Shown here one piece after another: positions 50,071-59,582 of a DNA stretch of 64,000 bases. The first letter of the stretch is position 1, and each line of letters begins with the position of its first letter. A program made the translations under genes and the position numbers. Below the pieces are notes generated by a model. It made no database searches, was not told the DNA's origin, and saw nothing but the letters and a program-made list of their open reading frames with translations. This stretch comes from Deltaproteobacteria bacterium. Lineage in GTDB: Bacteria > Desulfobacterota > Desulfuromonadia > Desulfuromonadales > BM103. The stretch is taken from NCBI GenBank assembly GCA_024636155.1, contig JAGXHM010000125.1, positions 180 through 64,179 on the forward strand, in the 5' to 3' direction.

Positions 50071-51513
50071 ATGAACATCACTCTGACCCTACGCATACTG
50101 GGCGCCCTGCTGCTCTTTCTGGCCATCGCGTTACTCTTTCCGGTACCTTTCTCCTGGTTTTACGGTGACGGCGCTGCGGGTGCTTTCATTCTCTCTGCAG
50201 CCATTTCAGCTGGATGCGGTGGGCTACTCTTCAAACTATTCCGTTCCGAAGCCGACCTCTCTGTCCGTGAAGGCTTTGCCATCGTCTCTTTCGGCTGGAC
50301 ACTTTTTGCCCTCTTTGGTGCACTCCCCTTTGTTTTCTCCGGGGCAATCCCCTCATATCTCAATGCCTTCTTCGAGACCATGAGTGGCTTTACAACGACC
50401 GGCTCGACTATTCTCATTGACATCGAAGCCATGCCACCAAGCCTGCTGCTATGGCGGTCTTTGACGCAATGGCTCGGCGGCATGGGCATCATTGTACTTT
50501 CTCTGGCCATCCTGCCAATGCTCGGTGTCGGTGGCATGCAGCTATTTAAGGCGGAAGTCCCCGGCCCGACCGCTGATCGTCTGAAACCACGCATCCAGGA
50601 TACCGCCAAGCTGCTCTGGGGAGTTTATGTTCTGCTCACCTGTGCCGAGATCATTATGCTGATGGCAGGCGGCATGAGTTTTTTCGACGGCATCAACCAT
50701 GCTTTCACCACCATGGCAACCGGTGGTTTTTCTACCCGTAACGCTTCGATTGCCGCCTACGGCAGCGCTTACATCGACTGGGTCATCACTTTCTTCATGT
50801 TCCTTGCCGGGGTTAATTTCTCGCTCCATTATCTTGCCTTACGTGGGCGATTCGGCGATTTTATCCGTAACGAGGAGTTTCTCTTTTACTCCGGGCTGAT
50901 TATGGTTGGGACAATTTTGATTACCTTGCTCAACATGGGGCATATCTATCCAGACTTTCTCGACAACCTGCGTTTCAGCGCTTTCCAGATCGTTTCGATC
51001 ATGACCACCACAGGCTTCGCCACTGCCGACTATGAGCTGTGGCCGATTCTCTGCCAGTACCTGTTGATTTTTTCCATGTTTATCGGTGGTTGTGCAGGAT
51101 CAACCGGAGGCGGCATGAAGGTCGCTCGCATCCTGCTCCTTTTCAAGCACACTCAGGTGCAACTTTTCCGGCTGATTCATCCCCGCGCTGTACGCCTGGT
51201 CAAACTCGGCGATCGTCCGGTAGACAAAGACGTTATGCAATCAATCCTGGGTTTCTTCGCACTCTACCTTGGGGTATTCGTCGCCGCCTCATTCATCATG
51301 GCCGGAATCGGCATGGATCTTCCCTCGGCGGGCGCTTCAGTCATCGCCACACTGAGCAACATCGGTCCTGGGCTCGGTTCGGTTGGGCCGGTTGACAACT
51401 TCGCCCACGTCCCGGCATTCGGCAAATTGGTCCTTGCCTTCTGTATGCTGTTGGGACGATTGGAACTCTTTACCGTACTGGTCCTGGTTTTCCCGAGCTT
51501 CTGGCGAAAATGA
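50071..51513 (+). CDS. trkH: Trk potassium uptake membrane subunit
   Basis: SGFTTTG, WLGGMG, TGGFS, GSTGGGMK, GRLE. Confidence 0.95.
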   Translation: MNITLTLRILGALLLFLAIALLFPVPFSWFYGDGAAGAFILSAAISAGCGGLLFKLFRSEADLSVREGFAIVSFGWTLFALFGALPFVFSGAIPSYLNAFFETMSGFTTTGSTILIDIEAMPPSLLLWRSLTQWLGGMGIIVLSLAILPMLGVGGMQLFKAEVPGPTADRLKPRIQDTAKLLWGVYVLLTCAEIIMLMAGGMSFFDGINHAFTTMATGGFSTRNASIAAYGSAYIDWVITFFMFLAGVNFSLHYLALRGRFGDFIRNEEFLFYSGLIMVGTILITLLNMGHIYPDFLDNLRFSAFQIVSIMTTTGFATADYELWPILCQYLLIFSMFIGGCAGSTGGGMKVARILLLFKHTQVQLFRLIHPRAVRLVKLGDRPVDKDVMQSILGFFALYLGVFVAASFIMAGIGMDLPSAGASVIATLSNIGPGLGSVGPVDNFAHVPAFGKLVLAFCMLLGRLELFTVLVLVFPSFWRK

Positions 51514-51520
51514 TTCGCCT

Positions 51521-52387
51521 ATGTCCTTCAAGTCTAAAGCAGCCTTATTCAAAAAACTGCATTATCGGCTCTTTATCTACCTCGTTGTCGCATTGATCTT
51601 TGCCATGCCCGCTCGCACTGCCCTCGAACATCATTTCCTCTATTTTCCGGAATCTGGCCAGAAGGTGACACCGGCAACTGCAGGGCTGACCTACGAAGAG
51701 GTCGCTTTCCAGGCAGCCGACGGTACCCGGCTCAATGGCTGGCTGGTTCCAGGTCAGCCAGATGCTCCGATCGTGCTCTTCTGTATGGGCAACGCCGGCA
51801 ATATCTCTCACCGACTGGAAACGTTACAGCTACTTCATGACTTGGGCGTTGCCGTCTTCATCTTGAATTACCGTGGTTACGGTCTCAGCGAGGGCAAAGC
51901 AAGCGAGGAAGGAACCTATCACGATGTTATCGGTGCCTTGGAATTACTGAACAAACGCGGCTGGTCTGCGGACCGTGTCATTATTTTCGGTCGTTCACTA
52001 GGTGCCGCGATCGGTCTCGAAGCAGCTCTACGTACCTCTCCTGCCGGCTTGATCATGGAATCTGCCTTCACCTCGATCACAGCCATGGGGCAGCACCACT
52101 ATTCGCTTCTCCAGCGTTTACTCGGTTGGCTAATCGGTGCAAAGTACGACAATCTGAACAAGATCGCCGGACTGGAAAGCCCTCTCCTGCTCATTCACGG
52201 CAAAGAAGACACCATCTGCCCACCGCGCATGGCAGAGGAACTTTACGCGCGGGCACCTCAAGAGAAACGACTGCTTTGGATTCCCGGCGGCGATCACAAC
52301 AATGGTTTCATCGTGGGGGGAGAATTCTACCGGCAAGCGTTGAGACAGTCCCTTTTCCAATGGACTGGATTCGTAACAAAAGAGTAA
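51521..52387 (+). CDS. Alpha/beta hydrolase
   Basis: GNAGNIS, YRGYG, GRSLG nucleophile elbow, HGKED, GGDHN. Confidence 0.9.
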   Translation: MSFKSKAALFKKLHYRLFIYLVVALIFAMPARTALEHHFLYFPESGQKVTPATAGLTYEEVAFQAADGTRLNGWLVPGQPDAPIVLFCMGNAGNISHRLETLQLLHDLGVAVFILNYRGYGLSEGKASEEGTYHDVIGALELLNKRGWSADRVIIFGRSLGAAIGLEAALRTSPAGLIMESAFTSITAMGQHHYSLLQRLLGWLIGAKYDNLNKIAGLESPLLLIHGKEDTICPPRMAEELYARAPQEKRLLWIPGGDHNNGFIVGGEFYRQALRQSLFQWTGFVTKE

Positions 52388-52430
52388 CGAACAGTTAAAC
52401 GCAGCTCCCCGTAGAACTGTAGAAGAATAA

Positions 52431-52466
52431 AAAGAACAAGGCCCGGGTCAATGACCCGGGCCTTGC
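52431..52466. terminator. Strong hairpin; T-tract on the minus strand
   Basis: CAAGGCCCGGGTCA-A-TGACCCGGGCCTTG preceded by AAAAGAA. Confidence 0.7.
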
Positions 52467-52553
52467 TCATGAATCGGAGGTAGGAAATTTATTCCTGATT
52501 AGAGTTGTAGCACACAACTACTCAAAAAAATCTCACAGCCTTCTGCAACCAAC

Positions 52554-52588
52554 AAAAAAAATAGCCCCCATCCAGTAGTTGGGGGCTG
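52554..52588 (-). terminator. Intrinsic terminator for the REC-BTAD gene
   Basis: AGCCCCCA...TGGGGGCT preceded by A8 on the plus strand. Confidence 0.65.
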
Positions 52589-52747
52589 CCTATAAAATTA
52601 CAAAAAATCTCTTCGTTTCAACGAATAAAGCCTGCAAGCATAAGCGGAATTTTGAGGGGATTATACACACCGCTTCTCACAAATTTCTCACAAAGGCTGC
52701 TTTTAAAAGGGAAATATGATGTTTCGTGAAAAGACTTCTGTCTTTTT

Positions 52748-53962
52748 TCAGTCTTTTGCCAACCATCCATCTGTCGGTTTATCTTTTGGAAAGTCCTGCA
52801 AAGCCGTCTCAATCTCCTGCTCGCGGAAATTATCTTTAGCCAGGGCCTCACGATATAGCTTGATAACCTGCTTGGCTTGTCCCGGGCTGTCACTGGCAAG
52901 GGATAGCTGATAGAGAAGTCGGAAGATAGCATCATTGGCAGGATCGTAACGCAAGGCGTCGCGCAAAAGTTTTGATGCTGGCTGATAACGCTTGCTTTCG
53001 GCCATTAGTCTGGCAAAAGGCAAGCAGCTTTCCAGGTAAAGCTGTTCCAATTCATCCTGAAATAAAATCGCAGCGTCACTACCAAAACTGCCAGGAGCAA
53101 AGGTTCCTTGCCAAAGACTGAAAGCAGAGGAGAAGGTGATTTCAGCAGGCCAGAAGTCACGGGCAGCAAGTTGCTTGGTTGCTTTGTGAATCAGGCGTTG
53201 AAACTCGTGGGCGTCAATTCGAGCCCGCTCCAGACAGAGATAACCGCGCTTGACCACTAGGTACTTTTTACTGTCGAAAGGACTAAGAGTCAAATCAAGG
53301 GTGCGACGTACACGCGAGAGGAGAGAATCAAAACTTGAACGAGCGCGCGCAGAAGAACTCTCAGGCCAAAGGGCCAACTGGACTTCTTCCTGAGAAACCC
53401 TTCCAGAGGGAGCACCCACCAGAATTGACATGAGCTGGCGCTGCGCGGGGCTGAATTCTTCAGTCCACGACAAACGGCGATCAGCAATCCGCAATTCGCA
53501 TTTCCCCAAAGTTTTCACCATCAGCCTCTCAGGGGAATCCACTGTTTTTTCAGTTTTTTCTCCTGGATGGGCCGTGCTTGGACGGGTATTGCCTCGACGG
53601 AGTAGAGCCTTGACGCGAGCAGTCAAAAGTTTCGGAGAGAATGGTTTTGTCATGTAATCGTCGGCACCGACTTCAAGGCCTGCGACGATATCATCTTCTT
53701 CCGTTTTTCCTGTCAGCATCAAAACAGGGATCTTAGCCATCCAGGGGTCCCGGCGTATGGTGCGACAAACATCCAGACCATTCATCCCGGGCAGAGTAAG
53801 ATCGAGAACGATAACTTCCGGTGGATCTTCTTCTATTTGCGACAGAGCCGCTTCGCCGCTTTGGGCAACAGAAACACGATACCCTGCCTTCGTCAGGCAG
53901 GCGAAAAGGAGTTCACAGACACTGGCATCATCTTCAATGATAACTACATGTGGCTTGTCCAT
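52748..53962 (-). CDS. Response regulator with SARP-type wHTH/BTAD output
   Basis: PhoB-like REC (IEDD, DLTLPG, GADDYMTKPF), TLG..EL, ALWPE, IDAHEF, TPR-like BTAD. Confidence 0.82.
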   Translation of the reverse strand: MDKPHVVIIEDDASVCELLFACLTKAGYRVSVAQSGEAALSQIEEDPPEVIVLDLTLPGMNGLDVCRTIRRDPWMAKIPVLMLTGKTEEDDIVAGLEVGADDYMTKPFSPKLLTARVKALLRRGNTRPSTAHPGEKTEKTVDSPERLMVKTLGKCELRIADRRLSWTEEFSPAQRQLMSILVGAPSGRVSQEEVQLALWPESSSARARSSFDSLLSRVRRTLDLTLSPFDSKKYLVVKRGYLCLERARIDAHEFQRLIHKATKQLAARDFWPAEITFSSAFSLWQGTFAPGSFGSDAAILFQDELEQLYLESCLPFARLMAESKRYQPASKLLRDALRYDPANDAIFRLLYQLSLASDSPGQAKQVIKLYREALAKDNFREQEIETALQDFPKDKPTDGWLAKD

Positions 53963-53988
53963 GAACAAATTCCTCTTCTTGAGAGTGA

Positions 53989-54783
53989 TCAGCGCAAAAG
54001 AGCGAAACCCATTTGGCGACCGGTCCTGCCGTTGTCGCGCCGGTAGGAGAAAAACGTCTCCTTGTGGCAGCAGGTGCATTCTTCGACAATATCAACTGCG
54101 ACCCGATCAATACCTGCTTCGTCAAGCTGCAGCAAAATGCTTTTCTGCAGGTCCAGTTGCCAATGACCGAGGCTTACTTCCGCAGCAATCCGCCCCCACT
54201 GGTCAGTTCCCTGACGAAAGGCATCGCGCACAGGGCGATCAACTTCGTAACTGTGTGCGGCAATTCCGGGTCCAACCGCAGCGCAGAGGTCCTCCGTCTG
54301 GCAACCGAAAATCTCGTTCATCGCTTTGACGGTACGTCCCAGCAGACCAGCCGCAGTGCCACGCCAGCCAAGATGAACAACACCAGCAACATGTTTTTTC
54401 TGGTCGTAGAGAATAACCGGAAAACAGTCTGCGACAAGGATGCCAATCAAGATATTACGTTGGTTGGTAATAATCGCATCACTATCAACCCGCTGAAAGT
54501 GAGAGACATCCGGGTTGAGCTGATCAATAACCAGGATTTCAGTGCCGTGGACCTGATTGACAGTCAGGAAAAGATGTGGTTCCAGGTCAAAAGCCCTGGC
54601 GACAGCTGCACGGTTGGCCTCGACCTGCGACAACTGATCGCCGGATCCTAAGCCAAGGTTAAGCGAGTTGAAAGGAGGGCGACTGCTACCGCCATTACGT
54701 TTGGTAAACCCGGTCACCAGATTGCTCTGCTCTGCCCAGGTCGGTTGCAAATAATGGATTTTACCTTGTTTAACTGTTTTCAT
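53989..54783 (-). CDS. pgeF: Peptidoglycan editing factor PgeF/YfiH
   Basis: SLNLG, QVHG, VADC, H.GWRG, FFSYRR. Confidence 0.93.
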   Translation of the reverse strand: MKTVKQGKIHYLQPTWAEQSNLVTGFTKRNGGSSRPPFNSLNLGLGSGDQLSQVEANRAAVARAFDLEPHLFLTVNQVHGTEILVIDQLNPDVSHFQRVDSDAIITNQRNILIGILVADCFPVILYDQKKHVAGVVHLGWRGTAAGLLGRTVKAMNEIFGCQTEDLCAAVGPGIAAHSYEVDRPVRDAFRQGTDQWGRIAAEVSLGHWQLDLQKSILLQLDEAGIDRVAVDIVEECTCCHKETFFSYRRDNGRTGRQMGFALLR

Positions 54784-55801
54784 TTGATGTCATTTCAGCC
54801 GGACCTGCATACGATGGAACGCTGAGGTCAGTAGGTGTGTAGTTATATTTAACTTCCAGATAATCAAGGATGTCCTGCAACTCAGAAGGCAACGTGGCCT
54901 GAAAGAGCATTGCGGTGCCGTCGGGATGATCAAAACCGAGTTGCCAGGCATGTAGAAACTGACGGCCCAATTGGGCCACCCTCTGCCGCAAGGCCACGTC
55001 GTTAATCGCTTTAGCCCGGCTCGCACTGCCGTAAAGAGGGTCTCCGACAACAGGGTAATTCATCTCGGCCAAATGCACCCGAATCTGGTGAGTTCGCCCG
55101 GTTTCCAACTGCAGATCAACGAGAGTTAAGCGATCCTCTTCATAGTGTCTCAAGACCCGCCAGTGCGTGACAGCATGACGATTAACACGCGCAGTACCGG
55201 ACATTTTCTTGCGATGAACGGGATGCCTGCCAATCGGCTGATCGATGGTTCCCTTCGAGTCCGGCATGATACCATGGACAAGAGCCCGATAGCGTCGTCT
55301 TATCGAATGCGCTTTGAACTGCTTGGCCAGATGCTGGTGAGTACGATCGTCTTTGGTGGCGACCATCACTCCGGAGGTGTCCTTGTCGAGTCGATGAACG
55401 ATGCCAGGGCGTAACTCCCCGCCCACTCCGGAAAGATCATTACAATGGTGCAGTAAAGCATTGACCAATGTTCCGCTCTGGTGTCCCGGCGCAGGGTGCA
55501 CAACAAAATGCGCGGGCTTATTAACAACAATCAAGGTTGAATCTTCATAAAGGATCGCCAGCGGGATCTCCTCCGCCTGAGCTGAGGAGGCAACCGGTTC
55601 CGGCAAGACCACATGAATATTTTCTCCGCCGCGCAGCTTTAAACCAGCTTTGGTTGTGACACCATCCAGCGTGACAGCACCCTCATCAATCAGACGCTTG
55701 ATCTGCGACCGGGTCAGTTCCGGTAAGCTGTCATCCAAGAAACGATCCAGACGCACTGCAACATGATCGGCGCCGACCTGAATGCAACAAGGTTCAGTCA
55801 C
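54770..55801 (-). CDS. rluD: RluA-family pseudouridine synthase (RluD)
   Basis: S4 domain, HRLDKDTSG, TGRTHQIRVH; adjacent to pgeF. Confidence 0.93.
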   Translation of the reverse strand: MTEPCCIQVGADHVAVRLDRFLDDSLPELTRSQIKRLIDEGAVTLDGVTTKAGLKLRGGENIHVVLPEPVASSAQAEEIPLAILYEDSTLIVVNKPAHFVVHPAPGHQSGTLVNALLHHCNDLSGVGGELRPGIVHRLDKDTSGVMVATKDDRTHQHLAKQFKAHSIRRRYRALVHGIMPDSKGTIDQPIGRHPVHRKKMSGTARVNRHAVTHWRVLRHYEEDRLTLVDLQLETGRTHQIRVHLAEMNYPVVGDPLYGSASRAKAINDVALRQRVAQLGRQFLHAWQLGFDHPDGTAMLFQATLPSELQDILDYLEVKYNYTPTDLSVPSYAGPAEMTSNENS

Positions 55802-55806
55802 GAAAT

Positions 55807-56076
55807 TTACCAGATCGAACTCTCGATCTTGCCAGCCTGCTTGATCATAACATCGACGATCGCCCGATCATAAAGATGTGAACGGTCTTCCAGGTCAGGA
55901 GAAACCCGGCCATAAAAATGTTCACGGCCTTCCTGCAGTTCCTCAGTCAGGACTTCAAAAATCGAGTCGTTTTTGATCCCTTCCTTCACCTTTTCCTGAT
56001 TATAGAGGGCGATATCCGAAATAATGGCACGGGCTAAACGAAAAGCCAATTTAGGGTTGTCTACCAGTCTGGCCAT
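55807..56076 (-). CDS. Small hypothetical protein
   Basis: GGAGG RBS, 5-bp gap to rluD, RLARAIISDIALYN helical motif. Confidence 0.8.
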   Translation of the reverse strand: MARLVDNPKLAFRLARAIISDIALYNQEKVKEGIKNDSIFEVLTEELQEGREHFYGRVSPDLEDRSHLYDRAIVDVMIKQAGKIESSIW

Positions 56077-56301
56077 GAGACCTCCATCTGTGGAGAGAAT
56101 ATAAATTTTCTCGGGTGAATCGCACCCGTTTCCTTATTCCTTAAGAGGGAGTGCAATGTACAAGTCTGGCTCCGCTCGCTGTAGAAGCTACAGGACGCTT
56201 TCCTTAACGCGATTCCACTGGCCAGGTAAGACAGGCTGCTAGCTACAACTGTGCAGACTAGCGAAAACAAGCCTTTATGTCAATCCAGACGACTCACACT
56301 T

Positions 56302-57033
56302 TCAGGACGTCGGACTTGTTGATTCTATCAAAGCAAGGAGCTCCTCGTGACACCCTTGCCAATCAGCCTTAAAATGCCCACCAGGCCGCTTGATGCTCCA
56401 GGGCGTCAACAAACAGGTCTGCATGCCAACCTGACTGGCGGAAAGATCGTGCAGGGTATCGTTGCCAACCATCAGACAAGCTTCTGCGGGGAGTTGCAGA
56501 CGTTCCAGAACCTCCTCAAAAAAACGTGCACTCGGTTTGCAGAAATGCGCTGTTTCGTAGGCCGTCACATGATGAAAGGCATTGCCATTCAACTTTCCCC
56601 AGGTCAGTCGCGCATCAATAACCGCCCGCGGGAAGATCGGATTGGTCGCCAACACAACCGTCCAATCTCTGGCCAGGGAAGACTCGATCAGTTGAGGCGA
56701 TAAGGGGTGTCCGGTGACCAGAGGGCGTAATTCTTCAAGGTCGTTTTGATAAAACTGTTCCAGACATTCAGCATACCGTTCTGGCGTTATCGCCAATTCA
56801 GACTCCAGCACCTCAAGGAGAATGCTCTCTAACGTTCTGCAGCCATCGGCGTTGGCAAACATGGCTGCGACAGCATGATGTAAAACCTGGGTTGCATGTG
56901 CGGGGTTGACCTGGTCACTCATGTACGTCGTCAGCCGATGCAGGTAAATCGGCACAAACCGATTCATATCGACATCAATCAGAGTGCCATCAAGATCGAA
57001 AAGAACGGCCTGAATATTGCTCAGGTCGATCAT
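56302..57033 (-). CDS. HAD-family hydrolase
   Basis: FDLDGTL, ATNP, KP, MVGND. Confidence 0.9.
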   Translation of the reverse strand: MIDLSNIQAVLFDLDGTLIDVDMNRFVPIYLHRLTTYMSDQVNPAHATQVLHHAVAAMFANADGCRTLESILLEVLESELAITPERYAECLEQFYQNDLEELRPLVTGHPLSPQLIESSLARDWTVVLATNPIFPRAVIDARLTWGKLNGNAFHHVTAYETAHFCKPSARFFEEVLERLQLPAEACLMVGNDTLHDLSASQVGMQTCLLTPWSIKRPGGHFKADWQGCHEELLALIESTSPTS

Positions 57034-57216
57034 GTTTTGTGTTGATTTATGGAAAAAAGACGGCAACATGGTCGACAGGATATCATGACCGGTCAGGCAA
57101 CGGCCAGCTTGCATTTCCAACAGCCTTGACATGCTGGGATTTTTCTTTAATCTTGACAGGACCCTGGTACACGAATGCGGAACATTCTGTCATCAGAACC
57201 TATTAGGAGGAGACAC

Positions 57217-57885
57217 ATGGCAAAACGAATTGGCGTTATCCTTTCCGGCTGCGGCGTCTATGACGGCAGCGAAATCAATGAGACCGTCATTACCCTGTTG
57301 GCTATTGACCGTGCCGGTGCAGAAGCTGTCTGCATGGCGCCTGACATCCCGCAGATGCATGTCATCAATCATCTGACTGGTGAACCTGCTGAGGGTGAAT
57401 CCCGCAACGTACTGGTAGAATCCGCCCGTATCGCCCGCGGCAACATCAAGGATCTGGCAACGGTTCAGATTGCGGACATTGATGCACTCATTCTGCCTGG
57501 CGGCTTCGGTGCAGCAAAAAACCTTTGCGACTTTGCTGTTGCTGGCCCTGATTGCTCAGTAAATAGTGAGGTGGCTCGTCTGATCAAGGAGATGCATGTT
57601 GCAAAGAAGCCGATCGCTGCCATCTGTATCGCCCCGGCCGTCCTGTCCAAGGTGCTCGGCAATCAAGCAATCGAGCACCGTATGACAATTGGTACCGACC
57701 AGGGGACCGCAGAAGCGCTGAGCAAAATGGGCACAGACCATATCGAGTGCCCTGTCAGGGAGTTCGTTATTGACCGGGAGAATTTACTGGTTTCCAGCCC
57801 GGCCTATATGCTTGCTGGCAATATCTCCGAAGCGGCCGAAGGTATAGAAAAAACCGTCCAGGCCCTGATCGGACTCATGGGGTAA
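57217..57885 (+). CDS. elbB: DJ-1/PfpI-family glyoxalase ElbB
   Basis: LSGCGVYDGSE, ESARIARG, PGGFGAAKNL, ICIAP. Confidence 0.93.
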   Translation: MAKRIGVILSGCGVYDGSEINETVITLLAIDRAGAEAVCMAPDIPQMHVINHLTGEPAEGESRNVLVESARIARGNIKDLATVQIADIDALILPGGFGAAKNLCDFAVAGPDCSVNSEVARLIKEMHVAKKPIAAICIAPAVLSKVLGNQAIEHRMTIGTDQGTAEALSKMGTDHIECPVREFVIDRENLLVSSPAYMLAGNISEAAEGIEKTVQALIGLMG

Positions 57886-58060
57886 ACCAACAAACACAGA
57901 AGTCCGCGGGCAAATTCAATGCTGCGAACTCCACCCTTTTGGCCAGAGGTTGCTTTTTTTCTATGCCTGGTTTGCCAGGACAGATTTTTAATCTGGAGTT
58001 GTCAGACTATTTTGCCTGGCGATATGAACATATGGCCGCTACCATTCAAAGGAGCTAATC

Positions 58061-58219
58061 ATGACCAAGTACCGTTGCGTAATTTGTGACTACATCTACG
58101 ACCCCGCTGAAGGCGACCCTGGCAGCGGCATCGCCCCCGGCACATCATTTGAAGATCTTCCTGACGACTGGTGCTGCCCCCTCTGCGGTGCTGACAAGAG
58201 TAATTTTGAAACGGAGTAA
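58061..58219 (+). CDS. Rubredoxin (below the ORF-track cutoff)
   Basis: [52 protein letters not shown]; AGGAG RBS. Confidence 0.97.
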   Translation: MTKYRCVICDYIYDPAEGDPGSGIAPGTSFEDLPDDWCCPLCGADKSNFETE

Positions 58220-58268
58220 GATGACCATAACCCTCACCTGACTCTAGTGCCTTGTACATCTTAAAATG

Positions 58269-58385
58269 TCGTAATATTGCGCCGGGATTTGTTGTGCCAG
58301 CAAGGCGTGATTTCAGTTCCATAGCCGTAGCTATGCAACTGAAGTCGCAACGCAGTTGGCGCGACAAATAACCAGCAAGATGCGA
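58269..58385. repeat. Long imperfect palindrome (MITE/REP-like)
   Basis: Arms TCG..TTGC..ATTTGTTGTGCCAGC / GTTGGCGCGACAAAT..GCAAGATGCGA around CATAGC-CGTA-GCTATG. Confidence 0.65.
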
Positions 58386-58703
58386 TAGTTTAGGGTTTAC
58401 ATGGTACTAGATCTGGCAAAGCCTGCAGGATTCAGGAACTGGACGTCCCGGGCGGATTATTCACCGGGGCGTCCAGCCTCACCAGGAAAGCTGGTTTCCC
58501 CGCACTTGCAGAAAAGTTTAGGGTTATTTCGGAACACTCCCCTGTCATTACAACGGGCGCAAAACAGCCGGGATCACTCTCTCTCCCCTCAAGGGGCCCT
58601 GAAAACCGAGTAAGGGATCGTATCGATTGGTATGGTAGCCCGTTGCCAGATCGGCTATCATGGTTACACTTAAACATCGACAACACCTTAACTTGGCAAA
58701 CAA

Positions 58704-59582
58704 ATGACAATTCGTTCACCACGCAAACCTGACTGGCTCAAAGTCCGTTTCCCAGCCGGACCCAACTACGCTCGCATTGATCGTCTGCATCGCGAACAGG
58801 GGCTACACTCTGTATGCCGCAGCGCTGCCTGTCCCAATCAGGGCGAATGCTGGGAACAAGGCACTGCCACCTTCATGATTCTGGGTAACCATTGCACCCG
58901 GGACTGCCGTTTTTGCAATGTCGCCCACGAGACACCTCTGGCCGTCGATCCGCAGGAAGTCGATAAAGTCGCACAAGGAATTGCCGAGCTTGGTTTACGC
59001 CATGCAGTCATTACTTCCGTTACGCGTGATGACCTCGTTGATGGTGGCGCCAGCCAGTTTGCGGAGCTCACCCGCGCAATCCATCTTCGCAGCCCTGAAT
59101 GTCGCGTCGAGTTATTGATCCCGGATTTACAAGGAAATCATGAAGCCCTGAGCACCATCCTTGCAGCTGAACCGGATGTTCTTGGTCACAATTTGGAGAC
59201 CGTTCCCAGGCTCTACCCGGCCGCCAGATCCGGAGCGAGCTACCAACGTTCTCTGGAGCTACTTGCAGCGTCCAAAAGGCTGGCCCCGGACATCCCCACC
59301 AAATCCGGACTAATGCTTGGCATGGGAGAGACTATTGAGGAGGTCCTGGATGTCATGAAGGACCTTTATCATACGGACTGCACCATGCTGACTTTGGGGC
59401 AATATCTGCAACCGACACGGGATCACCTGCCAGTCGCCCGCTACGTCGAACCATCCGAGTTTAAAGAACTGCGCCAGACCGGGCTACAACTTGGCTTTGC
59501 TCATGTCGAGGCCGGGCCGCTGGTGCGTTCTTCATATCACGCCGCAGAACAATTCGAAGGAGAACAGCATGAGCAATTCTGA
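58704..59582 (+). CDS. lipA: Lipoyl synthase
   Basis: CRSAACPNQGEC and CTRDCRFC, HNLETV, GQYLQP, VRSSYHA. Confidence 0.96.
   Translation: MTIRSPRKPDWLKVRFPAGPNYARIDRLHREQGLHSVCRSAACPNQGECWEQGTATFMILGNHCTRDCRFCNVAHETPLAVDPQEVDKVAQGIAELGLRHAVITSVTRDDLVDGGASQFAELTRAIHLRSPECRVELLIPDLQGNHEALSTILAAEPDVLGHNLETVPRLYPAARSGASYQRSLELLAASKRLAPDIPTKSGLMLGMGETIEEVLDVMKDLYHTDCTMLTLGQYLQPTRDHLPVARYVEPSEFKELRQTGLQLGFAHVEAGPLVRSSYHAAEQFEGEQHEQF

Noticed and set aside
58480-58630. T-box, cobalamin or SAM riboswitch
   Set aside because: Core consensus elements (UGGNACC, GCCACUG, AUC...GAU) are not present in the right arrangement.
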